Below, one piece after another: positions 56,093-64,000 of a stretch of DNA of 64,000 nt (its first letter is position 1; each line of letters starts with the position of its first letter). Position numbers and translations under genes: made by a program. The stretch comes from an uncultured Eubacteriales bacterium (lineage in GTDB: Bacteria > Bacillota > Clostridia > Oscillospirales > Acutalibacteraceae): positions 60,861-124,860 of the forward strand of contig CAKSTF010000001.1 in the NCBI GenBank assembly GCA_934491515.1. The letters run 5' to 3'. Under the pieces are notes generated by a model. That model was not told the origin of the DNA. It made no database searches and saw only the letters and a program-made list of their open reading frames with translations.

Positions 56093-56980
56093 TTAATCGG
56101 ATTCGGCAGGCAGTTTTAAATAGCCGCCGAAAATCGTATCGTATTTCTCCGGCACAAAAGCCGTGTATCCGGAAGCCGGAAAGAAGGTTGTTTCGCCGAA
56201 ATATATTTTGCCGTTTACAACGTAAAAATCGACCCGTAAAAACGGTATATCCTTTGCAAGCGCGGCGCCCAGTTCTATCATTTTTTCAAGGGAGGCGGGC
56301 TTTGCTATCACGCTTTCCGAATGCCCGTGCGTTGGGCGTTTAACCGGTATGTGCTCCCAATTTGGGGTAAAGAAATCCTCTTTAAGTCCCTTTTGCCTTT
56401 CGGAACAAACAAGAATAAATTTTATTTCTCCGCCGAAAAAGTGCAGTTTATAGTCGCGCAGTTCGTCGGTTTCATCGTCTTTTAAAAACTGTTCGGCAAT
56501 CACTTTTCTTTTAATGTTCTTATAAGGCCATTCCCTGCCGTAGCGGCTGCCGCTTTTTTTAAGCCGTTTTTTAAGGAATTTTACGGCGCTTTCCGTGTTG
56601 AGTTTATCCTTATCGGCGCAGATAACTATTCCGCCCGAATCGTGGGTACACTTAAGCACAAATCGGTTCGGAAGTTTTGAAAAGTCGATATCGTCGGGGT
56701 TGTCCCAAACGCCCAAAAGCGGAACTGAATATTCTTCGCCTATATTCTCTTTAACATATTCCCGTACAGCGTACTTATCCGCCATAACGGTGTAGAGGGG
56801 ATTGCGGTCGTAAAGTTTTATCCATTGCAGTTTTTCGTTAAAGGTTTCAGGCTCTTTTAAATTTAGTTTTTTATTCAGCTGGGCGTGAAAAACAAGTTTA
56901 ATACAAGCCTTATCGCCTAAAAACCACAAAAAACCGTGATTATTGGCTGCAAGGATTATACGCCTTAAAAATCTGTTCAC
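56093..56980 (-). CDS. TupA-like ATP-grasp amidoligase
   Basis: 295 aa. NEKLQWIKLYDRNPLYTVMADKYAVREYV and LRVDFY are typical of the ATPgrasp_TupA family. Confidence 0.8.
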   Translation of the reverse strand: MNRFLRRIILAANNHGFLWFLGDKACIKLVFHAQLNKKLNLKEPETFNEKLQWIKLYDRNPLYTVMADKYAVREYVKENIGEEYSVPLLGVWDNPDDIDFSKLPNRFVLKCTHDSGGIVICADKDKLNTESAVKFLKKRLKKSGSRYGREWPYKNIKRKVIAEQFLKDDETDELRDYKLHFFGGEIKFILVCSERQKGLKEDFFTPNWEHIPVKRPTHGHSESVIAKPASLEKMIELGAALAKDIPFLRVDFYVVNGKIYFGETTFFPASGYTAFVPEKYDTIFGGYLKLPAESD

Positions 56981-57024
56981 TTGACATCCCTCCCCAGATT
57001 GGAACCGTATGAGGTTTTACCGCG

Positions 57025-58056
57025 TTAAAGTCCGAAAAGTACCCTTATGTAAGGTATTTTTTTAATTACCGTGCAGCAAAGGCAGGTAAGCGTTATATTT
57101 ACTGCCGTGATAAGCGCCGCCCACAACGCGTTAAGCGTAAAGAAATGACCGACCGCGGCAAACAGAACCACCCTGAAAAGCCCGTCGAAAAGCATTGTTT
57201 GAAGCGAATATCCGCCCACGGTTTTAAGCACGCGTATGTTATCGGGCAGCCGTTTTGCGGCGGTGCGTAAAAGAAACATAAGCGCAAAAGCAAGGGGCAG
57301 TTTAACCTCCGCTTTCCTGAGAACGCCCATATAAACGGGTACCGTGCATGCTGCGGCAATAATTACGCAAATTACGGCAAGCGGCAGTTTTGCCTTATCG
57401 AAAAACGGAATGATTTTATTTTCATACCGCTTTATAAGCATGCCCGCAAGGAAGTAGGGCATGTAGATTATTACCCTTTCAATCTGAAAAAGGGGCGTTT
57501 TAACGGTAATACCGAAAAGTTTCACGCTTTCGGGGAAAATCGCGCCCTCGCCCGCAAAGGACAGCACAAAATTAAAAATTGTAAACACCGCAAAAGCCGC
57601 TATCAGCGCGTAAGGAGGTTTTGTTTCGTCCTTTTGCCAGAAAAGCGGCGCTATCATATATATTATGAAAATACAGTATATAAACCAATACGCGGAACCT
57701 ATAAGAAAATAACTTACAAGCATTTCGGCAGCATTTTCGCCGTGCGCAAAATCCCTTGATACAAACTGCGTAAATACAAGTTTTAACGCGGTAAAGAAAA
57801 AGAAGGGGATAAGTATTCTTTTCGCCTTTTTGCCGTAATACTTTTTAAGCGGCTGGCGGTGGCACAAAAAGCCGGAAACCAAAAAGAAAAGCGGAACATG
57901 AACGGCGGAAACAAGTATACCTGCAACCGAAGATACGGGCGTGTTGCTGCCGCCCGTGCTTTCAAGGTAGGTAAATGCGTGGCCTAAAACCACAAAGACC
58001 GCCGCAAACGCCTTTAGATAATCTATTGTCGCATTTCTTTTAACTGTTTCCCGCAT
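57025..58056 (-). CDS. Acyltransferase-3 family membrane O-acyltransferase
   Basis: 343 aa with about 10 TM helices. N-terminal IDYLKAFAAVFVVLGH motif. Confidence 0.85.
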   Translation of the reverse strand: MRETVKRNATIDYLKAFAAVFVVLGHAFTYLESTGGSNTPVSSVAGILVSAVHVPLFFLVSGFLCHRQPLKKYYGKKAKRILIPFFFFTALKLVFTQFVSRDFAHGENAAEMLVSYFLIGSAYWFIYCIFIIYMIAPLFWQKDETKPPYALIAAFAVFTIFNFVLSFAGEGAIFPESVKLFGITVKTPLFQIERVIIYMPYFLAGMLIKRYENKIIPFFDKAKLPLAVICVIIAAACTVPVYMGVLRKAEVKLPLAFALMFLLRTAAKRLPDNIRVLKTVGGYSLQTMLFDGLFRVVLFAAVGHFFTLNALWAALITAVNITLTCLCCTVIKKIPYIRVLFGL

Positions 58057-59302
58057 TATTCGTTTTCCTTTCGGAATTTTTTGCCAAATCGGCTGCCGAT
58101 ATCATAAGACCCATACATATCATGGAGTTTATATTATATATGTGTATAACGCATATAGAGTAAAATACGAAAACCAAAAACAGCACAAGATACTGCCTTA
58201 CACAAACAAGCGTTTCGTAATTTTCCGCGGTTTTCCTGTTGTTTGCACTTATAAGGCTTATACCTACAGACAGAAACGACACGGCATAAACTACACCCAG
58301 CGGTATGCCGCTTGATACAAACGCTTCAACCCACGTTGAGTGTGAATACACGCCGTAAAAATACCCGAATCCCCAGAACCCGTAACCGAAAAGCGGGGAA
58401 TTTTTAAGATATTCAAGTCCCTTTACATACATATCAAGACGGTTTTTATCGCCTGTTTCTTTACCGAGCGACTGAAATCTTGACATAAGGGTAGAGTCGG
58501 CAAGCAAGGGACGCAGCACCAAAAAAAGCACAACGCACGCCGCCGCTATAATTAAAAATCTGCTTATTGCGGCAATCGGCTTTTTATCGCTTGAAAGCGG
58601 AATATAGCATATAACCGCCCAAAGAACAAGCGCCAATACCATACCGAAAAAGCCCTTGCGCGAGCCGGTAAGCGAGCAGGCGTACAAAAACACGCCGCAC
58701 ACGGGAAGCCCTATTATAACCTTTATTTTTTTCTGCATAATTTTATAAAGGATTCCGAAAACGCCTATCGTAAGCGACATTGCAAAAGTGTTGGGGTTTG
58801 TGTTAAGGCTGTAACTGTAACGAACACCCTCGGCAGCGCTGCCTACCTCTACGGGATTTATGAGAAAAACCACAAGCATAACGCAGTTCATCAAAACGTA
58901 GTTCCAAACAAGAAAATCGGCGGATTTTCTTGTTTTTGCGTAATAGCAGGTGAATACCATAAGCACCATAAATTCGACCATTGCGGCGCCGTCGCGTATA
59001 TGGGTGCCCACATCCGGCGCTACCGCCATACCCACAATGTAGGTGATTATAAAATAAAGCGCCAGGGCATAAGCAGTCCCGGGAAGCCGCGGAACCGCCG
59101 TAAAGCCGTAATTGCTGTAGCAGTCCACCACAACGAAAAAGGTGAGCAGCAGTCCCAAAAGAAGCAGAAAATTGCTTATTTCAAAATAAGGCTGTATCGC
59201 CGCCTGATACCATATTATAAAGCACAGTAAAAACTTGATTACCATACCGGTTAAATCTTTTTTCGGCAAACTTTTGATATTTGCGGTTGCTTGTGGGTTC
59301 AA
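58040..59302 (-). CDS. wzy: O-antigen polymerase/ligase-like (Wzy-type) membrane protein
   Basis: 420 aa and polytopic, with a large loop around GSRKGFFG...RFQSLGKETGDKNRLDMY. Its TTG start overlaps the upstream stop (TTGA). Confidence 0.75.
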   Translation of the reverse strand: MNPQATANIKSLPKKDLTGMVIKFLLCFIIWYQAAIQPYFEISNFLLLLGLLLTFFVVVDCYSNYGFTAVPRLPGTAYALALYFIITYIVGMAVAPDVGTHIRDGAAMVEFMVLMVFTCYYAKTRKSADFLVWNYVLMNCVMLVVFLINPVEVGSAAEGVRYSYSLNTNPNTFAMSLTIGVFGILYKIMQKKIKVIIGLPVCGVFLYACSLTGSRKGFFGMVLALVLWAVICYIPLSSDKKPIAAISRFLIIAAACVVLFLVLRPLLADSTLMSRFQSLGKETGDKNRLDMYVKGLEYLKNSPLFGYGFWGFGYFYGVYSHSTWVEAFVSSGIPLGVVYAVSFLSVGISLISANNRKTAENYETLVCVRQYLVLFLVFVFYSICVIHIYNINSMICMGLMISAADLAKNSERKTNNAGNS

Positions 59303-60447
59303 AGGGTTTTTCCTCCCTCTTTCCTTATAAATTCAATTATTTTATCCGCCCTGTTGTCAAGCCGCAGCGCCTCTGCCTTTTTAAGTGCGCCTCGCGAAAG
59401 TTTTTCCCGCAGCGAATCGTTATCGCGAAGAGTGCGTACAGCGGCGGATATCGCCGAAACGTCCTTAGTATCTATCTTTAAAGAACAGGTTTCGTCTATA
59501 ATGTCGGCGTTGAAAAGTCCGTTTGAGGATATTACGGGAAGTCCGCAGGCAAGCGCCTCTACAATGGCGTTGCAGCAGCCCTCCGAAAGGGTGGGAAGCA
59601 CAAACATGTCCGCGGCGCCGAGATACAGCGGGATATCGCCGTGCGCACACTTGCCGCAAAACAGAATATTGCCGCAGCGCGGAGCGTCCGTACCCGACCC
59701 CAAAAACACCGAGGATACTTTTTTGTCGGCACCGTCGGAATTAACATCGTCCAGCGCGGCAGACAGGCGCAAACTGCCCTTTCTGTGGTTGAAAGACCCT
59801 ACAAAGCAGGCGATAAATGCATCCTGCGGCAGATTTAAAACCTTTCTGCACTGCGCTTTGTCACGCTTATAAAACACCGCCGGATCGTATCCGTTGGGGG
59901 CAATTATATAAGGATTTTCGCGCTGTAATTTTTCCGCGCACGATTCACGGTATGACTTAGTGCCCACATAAACAACACCTGCAAGACGGTTTAAAAGCGC
60001 GTCTGTCTCTTTTTCGGAATAATCCGAACGCACGCTTATTTTGCTCTCTCCGCAGGCGACAAATATCGGAAGTCCGCACTTTATTTTTGAGGCCGTAACG
60101 CCCATATGCCAGAAGTGGGCATACAAAAAATTGGGACTTTTTTCAAGTTTTTTAAAAGCGCGGTTTGCCGCGCGCGCCATACCGTTTTGCGAAAGGCGCT
60201 TTGCAAAGCCCGAAAGGGTGAAATAATGCGGCTGGTAAACGTCTATATAAACGCCGTCCGCCGCACGGTCACGCCAAAATTTCGGTCTTACCGGCAAGCG
60301 GTGGCGCTTTGCGCGCGTTATACTTTGCGGAGCGATAACCGAACACTTAACGCCCTTTACCGCCATTTTAGCGATAAGTTCCCTTACAAAGGGCATAAAG
60401 GGGTCCGTAGGGGTAGGGTAACCCTCTACCACAAAACAGATATGCAC
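59299..60447 (-). CDS. Glycosyltransferase family 4 (GT-B)
   Basis: I prefer the GTG 60447 start, after AAGGAGGG. EX7E-type region LSEGCCNAIVEALACGLPVI. Confidence 0.85.
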   Translation of the reverse strand: MHICFVVEGYPTPTDPFMPFVRELIAKMAVKGVKCSVIAPQSITRAKRHRLPVRPKFWRDRAADGVYIDVYQPHYFTLSGFAKRLSQNGMARAANRAFKKLEKSPNFLYAHFWHMGVTASKIKCGLPIFVACGESKISVRSDYSEKETDALLNRLAGVVYVGTKSYRESCAEKLQRENPYIIAPNGYDPAVFYKRDKAQCRKVLNLPQDAFIACFVGSFNHRKGSLRLSAALDDVNSDGADKKVSSVFLGSGTDAPRCGNILFCGKCAHGDIPLYLGAADMFVLPTLSEGCCNAIVEALACGLPVISSNGLFNADIIDETCSLKIDTKDVSAISAAVRTLRDNDSLREKLSRGALKKAEALRLDNRADKIIEFIRKEGGKTL

Positions 60448-60494
60448 GGAAATCCCTCCTTTTTTATTTTTATAAGTCCGAAAAATCAATCGGG

Positions 60495-61676
60495 TTATTT
60501 CGCCTTTTTCGCCGTTATGTCTCTTATCGCGCGGCGCGAAATATCGGCATAGGAAAATACCTTTTTACCCTTTTCTTCCGCCACGGTTTTCATTTCTTTA
60601 TAAAGTTCGGGGTCTGCAAGCAGGCGCTCTATTTCCTCTTTTATCTCTTCGGCGCTGTCGCGGGTCAGGAACTTCACGTTTCCGTCCAAATCCACGTGGG
60701 TGGTGCCGTGCCATTTTTTACACAGCATGGGCACGCCCTGCGCGGTAACCTGTTCCCAGAAAACCGAATGTCTGCCCGGGAAAACCACCAGATCGGCTGC
60801 GGCAAAGTATTCGTAAGAATCTTTTGCGTGCACCCAACCGATATATTGTATCTTTTTGCCGTCGCAAAGGTCGTTTACACGCTTCTTCAGTTCCGGCGCT
60901 ACCGAGCCGAAAACGATAAGTTTTAACTTTTCGTTCTTTATTTCCGCCACTGCCTGCATTAAAAGCAGGGTTTCTGTTTTAAAAGCGTCTATCTTGCCGC
61001 CGGTCATAACAAGAAAATCATCCGGTGCAATACCGTATTTTTCGCGTATTTTTTTCCGCGCGCCCGAATTTTCGGCAGCGGTTACAAGTTCGTCGTCGCC
61101 GCCCATTACAAGAAGTTCCGTTTTTTCGGCAGGCACGTGGTACACGTTTTGCAAAAACTCCACGCGTGCGGGCAGAACGCCGTAAAAACGAATAGCCCTA
61201 TCTTTAAGTTTTAAAACGTAATGCCGCCATATAATATCGTGCAGTATATGCTTTGAAAGCCAGTTTGTGGCGCTGTTTGAAAAATCTATGTGGCTGTCGG
61301 CATAAAGTTCCACCTGCGGATTTTTCTTTAAATATTTCATCAAAACCGCCGTGTCGCTTGTTTGGGGATTGTGGAAAAACACAACATCGGGCGATATTTT
61401 TTCAAGTTCCTCATAAAAGCCCTTCATACTGCGCAGTTTGCGGCGCACCTTAAACGGTTTTCTGAAAGGCAGCCTTGTAACCTTTACTCCGCATTCGTTC
61501 ACATACCTTTGGGGTGCCGGCAGAAAAACGGTGTTGCCGTCCTCATCGTAAGCGCAGGGCGAGGCGATAACGTAAACATCCAGTCCGTCCTTTTTCATAT
61601 ACTTTGCTATCAGGTTGTCCTGATAGGAAAAGCCGTCGGTATACTCGCCGCTGGTGCATATATGAAGTATCTTCAT
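60495..61676 (-). CDS. Glycosyltransferase (GT-B, GT4-like)
   Basis: 393 aa. Its C-terminal half resembles the GT1/GT4 nucleotide-binding domain. Confidence 0.8.
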   Translation of the reverse strand: MKILHICTSGEYTDGFSYQDNLIAKYMKKDGLDVYVIASPCAYDEDGNTVFLPAPQRYVNECGVKVTRLPFRKPFKVRRKLRSMKGFYEELEKISPDVVFFHNPQTSDTAVLMKYLKKNPQVELYADSHIDFSNSATNWLSKHILHDIIWRHYVLKLKDRAIRFYGVLPARVEFLQNVYHVPAEKTELLVMGGDDELVTAAENSGARKKIREKYGIAPDDFLVMTGGKIDAFKTETLLLMQAVAEIKNEKLKLIVFGSVAPELKKRVNDLCDGKKIQYIGWVHAKDSYEYFAAADLVVFPGRHSVFWEQVTAQGVPMLCKKWHGTTHVDLDGNVKFLTRDSAEEIKEEIERLLADPELYKEMKTVAEEKGKKVFSYADISRRAIRDITAKKAK

Positions 61677-62569
61677 TTGTTTTCCTCTTTTTCCTTAAAA
61701 GATTTAAGATATTCGGTGTAATCGCGCTTTGTATCAAAAACAAGCGGAAAATGGGTCATAACCCGTTGGTTTTCCGGCGGCAGTTTCATATAATCGCCGT
61801 ACCATAACGTAAGCAATTCGTCCGTGTGTCCGCTGCACATAAATTTTTTTCCCTCAAACTCTATATCGTAAAAGTCGCCGTACCATTTCACGGGGAAGGG
61901 CAGCATATCGGACGGGGTGTTTATAAGCACGCCGCCGTCGCATATAACCTGTTCGCAGCGTGTGGGCTTACCGTTATATTTCTTTATAAAATGCGTTTCT
62001 ATCCTGTCCGCCGCATTCTTCGGTATTATTTTTGAAAAAAGCCAAAGCGCCGCTTTTAAAGCCTTGCCGTAACGGCTGCCCACGGCACGGAAAAGTATCG
62101 GATTGCGCGACATTCGCACCGGAGTGTTAAGTATTATGAAAAAATACTGCACCGCCCTTTTAAAGCGGTTGTCCGCAATGTGGTCAAGCGGCTGTATATC
62201 AATATAAAGCCCCAGATGAAACCCCGCGTTTTTCCAATCTTCATATATCATCGCGGTGTTGTTTTTGCGAAGTCTGCCCACATTGTACCAATAGTTTTTA
62301 TCGCTTTCTTTGGTCTGGAAAAAGAAGCCCTCTTTAAGTTCCGTTTTGCAAAGTTCGCAAAAGCGGTCGTAATCGGAGCGTTCCATAATAACGTCTACAT
62401 CGTCGTCCCACGGTATAAAACCGCCGTGGCGCACGGCGCCGAGCATCGTTCCCCACGCAAGCGAATATTTAAGGCCGTGTTCGCGGCATATCCTGTCAAA
62501 TTCGCAAAGAATTTCAAGAAGCACGCCGTGCAATTCCTTAAGGTCAAAATTGCCGCTTTTCTCACTCAT
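61673..62569 (-). CDS. licD: LicD-family phosphotransferase
   Basis: 298 aa with GTMLGAVRHGGFIPWDDDVDVIM (the LicD DxD core). Confidence 0.88.
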   Translation of the reverse strand: MSEKSGNFDLKELHGVLLEILCEFDRICREHGLKYSLAWGTMLGAVRHGGFIPWDDDVDVIMERSDYDRFCELCKTELKEGFFFQTKESDKNYWYNVGRLRKNNTAMIYEDWKNAGFHLGLYIDIQPLDHIADNRFKRAVQYFFIILNTPVRMSRNPILFRAVGSRYGKALKAALWLFSKIIPKNAADRIETHFIKKYNGKPTRCEQVICDGGVLINTPSDMLPFPVKWYGDFYDIEFEGKKFMCSGHTDELLTLWYGDYMKLPPENQRVMTHFPLVFDTKRDYTEYLKSFKEKEENK

Positions 62570-63407
62570 CTTTTTTGTCCGCCGCGTTTTTCATAATAAG
62601 GTCTATCTTTCGGCTGTCGCCCCAAACCGCCTTGCAGTCGTACGGTCTGTCGGGGAAAGCGCCGTAATCAAGTTTTATTTTGTAGCCGTTTTCCTTTATA
62701 AAACGCTCCACCCGCGCACCGAGCGCCTCCGGTTCGCCAGAGCAGATGTTTATTATTCCGTCAACCCCGTCCTGCATGGCAGCCGCCGCTGTAAGACGGC
62801 AGAAATCGTCATAATCAAGAAAATCATACTGGTTCTTGCCGCTTGTAAAGGGGAATTTTTCTTTTCCGTTTTGCTGCGCTTCGTATATTTTTGAAAACAC
62901 CGAACAGCCGAACTGCGGATTACCCACTATATAGTAACCGCGCAGCCACTGGAAAACCACGCCGTTTTTTTGGCAGATAAGTTTTGCCGCCTGCCTTAAG
63001 GCATTTTTTGCAATTCCGTAAAAGTTTGCCGGATTGCAGGGGGTATCCTCTCTTATGCTGCCCTCGAACACGCCGATTTCGTGCATAGAGCCCATTGTGC
63101 ATATTCTTTTCACGCCGTTTTCGGCGCAGTATTCTATAAATTCCGTGTGGCGAGGCAGGTCGCCTATATGTGTTTCGGCATTATGGTTAAAACCGTTGCG
63201 CCACGCAAGATGCAGCACCGCATCGGGCACACCGGTCTTTTTAAAAAGGTCTTTTTCGGCAAAAAGGTCAAGCGTGTAAATATCCGCACGGCGATCGGTA
63301 TGGTCGGTGTTTATATCCACCGCCGCAACTTCGGCGCCTGCGTCAAGCAGCGCCTTTACCGAACCGCAGCCTAAATATCCGCCTGCTCCCGTAACTAAAA
63401 TCCTCAA
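62562..63407 (-). CDS. NAD-dependent epimerase/dehydratase-family SDR
   Basis: 281 aa. VTGAGGYLG and YGIAK (YxxxK). Overlaps the licD start by 8 nt. Confidence 0.8.
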   Translation of the reverse strand: MRILVTGAGGYLGCGSVKALLDAGAEVAAVDINTDHTDRRADIYTLDLFAEKDLFKKTGVPDAVLHLAWRNGFNHNAETHIGDLPRHTEFIEYCAENGVKRICTMGSMHEIGVFEGSIREDTPCNPANFYGIAKNALRQAAKLICQKNGVVFQWLRGYYIVGNPQFGCSVFSKIYEAQQNGKEKFPFTSGKNQYDFLDYDDFCRLTAAAAMQDGVDGIINICSGEPEALGARVERFIKENGYKIKLDYGAFPDRPYDCKAVWGDSRKIDLIMKNAADKKDE

Positions 63408-63441
63408 AATGCCGCCTCCCGAAAAATGTATTTTTAAAAAA

Positions 63442-64000
63442 TTACAGGGTTATCTTTAAAAGATTTTCAAGCCAGCTTTTAAGCGAGTATTTGTTCGTGT
63501 CAAAGCCGGTCTCCTCGTATTCTCCGTTTAAAAACGATATATCAAAACAGGGGTTCTGCCTGTCCGCAACGTAAATGTTGCGGCTGTCGTAAAAATCGTA
63601 ATTTACTATATCCGCATTGGTGGTAACAAGTTTTTTCTTGGCGCCGACCGTCTCCATAGTGCGCATGGTAAGTCCCGTTTGAAGTGGGTGCTGTATATCA
63701 AGAATACAGCGGCTTTTGCGAAATATTTCGCTTGACTGCGCGGCGGAAATCTTATCAAACTCAAAATCGGTTATCTTGGTATCCCTGTATTCGGGTTTTG
63801 TAAGTTTATAAAACCTGTAAACGAATTTGCTTTGCAGATAGCAGTAAAACTTATACGTTTTACCGTTTTCGTCGCACATTTTCTTTATCTGTTTTATTAT
63901 TTTGTACCTGTCCGAATGGCAGGTGCCGACAAACGATATATCGTAACAAAGGGGTTCCGCACTTTTGCAATTTTCGCTTGCGTACTCTTTTCTGAAGTAA
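63442..64000 (-). CDS. Polysaccharide-biosynthesis protein, C-terminal part (frame stays open to the window edge)
   Basis: There is no stop in this frame between 63442 and 64000. The upstream sequence reads ...EPLCYDISFVGTCHSDRYKIIKQIKKMCDENGK. The DISFVG pattern is reminiscent of CgeB/DUF3880-type glycosyltransferases, but the family assignment is uncertain. Confidence 0.5.
   Translation of the reverse strand, partial: YFRKEYASENCKSAEPLCYDISFVGTCHSDRYKIIKQIKKMCDENGKTYKFYCYLQSKFVYRFYKLTKPEYRDTKITDFEFDKISAAQSSEIFRKSRCILDIQHPLQTGLTMRTMETVGAKKKLVTTNADIVNYDFYDSRNIYVADRQNPCFDISFLNGEYEETGFDTNKYSLKSWLENLLKITL

Noticed and set aside
1-64000. CRISPR arrays, IS elements, rRNA and prophage genes.
   Set aside because: I saw no regularly spaced direct repeats, no transposase/integrase-like ORFs, no rRNA-like sequence, and no capsid/terminase/portal-like proteins while reading both strands.

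Overview
This looks like a chromosomal segment from a Firmicutes/Clostridia-type anaerobe. That is an inference from gene content: PduL, a flavodiiron protein, a clostridial 2x[4Fe-4S] ferredoxin, YaaT/PSP1, archaeal-type ProRS and meso-DAP dehydrogenase. I call about 61 protein-coding genes (about 48 on the minus strand), 4 tRNAs (Arg-ACG, Met-CAT, Glu-TTC, Ala-GGC) and 2-3 decayed genes. I saw no rRNA, CRISPR array, transposase, integrase or phage genes. Positions 1-44.8 kb are mostly housekeeping: lon-engB, pncB, argS, an EF-G paralogue, prfC-trpS-holB-yaaT, ksgA, ddh, proS, ung, hemW and rpmH-rnpA-yidD-yidC-jag. Small accessory patches interrupt this stretch. They are two paralogous LysR genes flanking a TAXI-TRAP operon with a GNAT gene and a truncated MATE gene, a trio of small proteins, a membrane-anchored SGNH esterase, and a 778-aa secreted lectin/PPC/caspase-fold-like protein next to tRNA-Ala. 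Positions 46.3-64.0 kb form a single-strand Wzx/Wzy-type glycopolymer locus. It combines UDP-GlcA/GalA supply, two different amide-forming ligases (a TupA-like ATP-grasp enzyme and an AsnB-like enzyme lacking the glutaminase Cys), O-acetylation and a LicC/LicD phospho-alcohol module with a wHTH-LicC fusion. This locus is my best candidate for something undescribed. Two real genes shorter than 60 aa are missing from the ORF track: rpmH and a 56-aa ferredoxin. Many track ORFs are antisense shadows of real genes. All family assignments come from reading motifs by eye and need HMM/BLAST confirmation.
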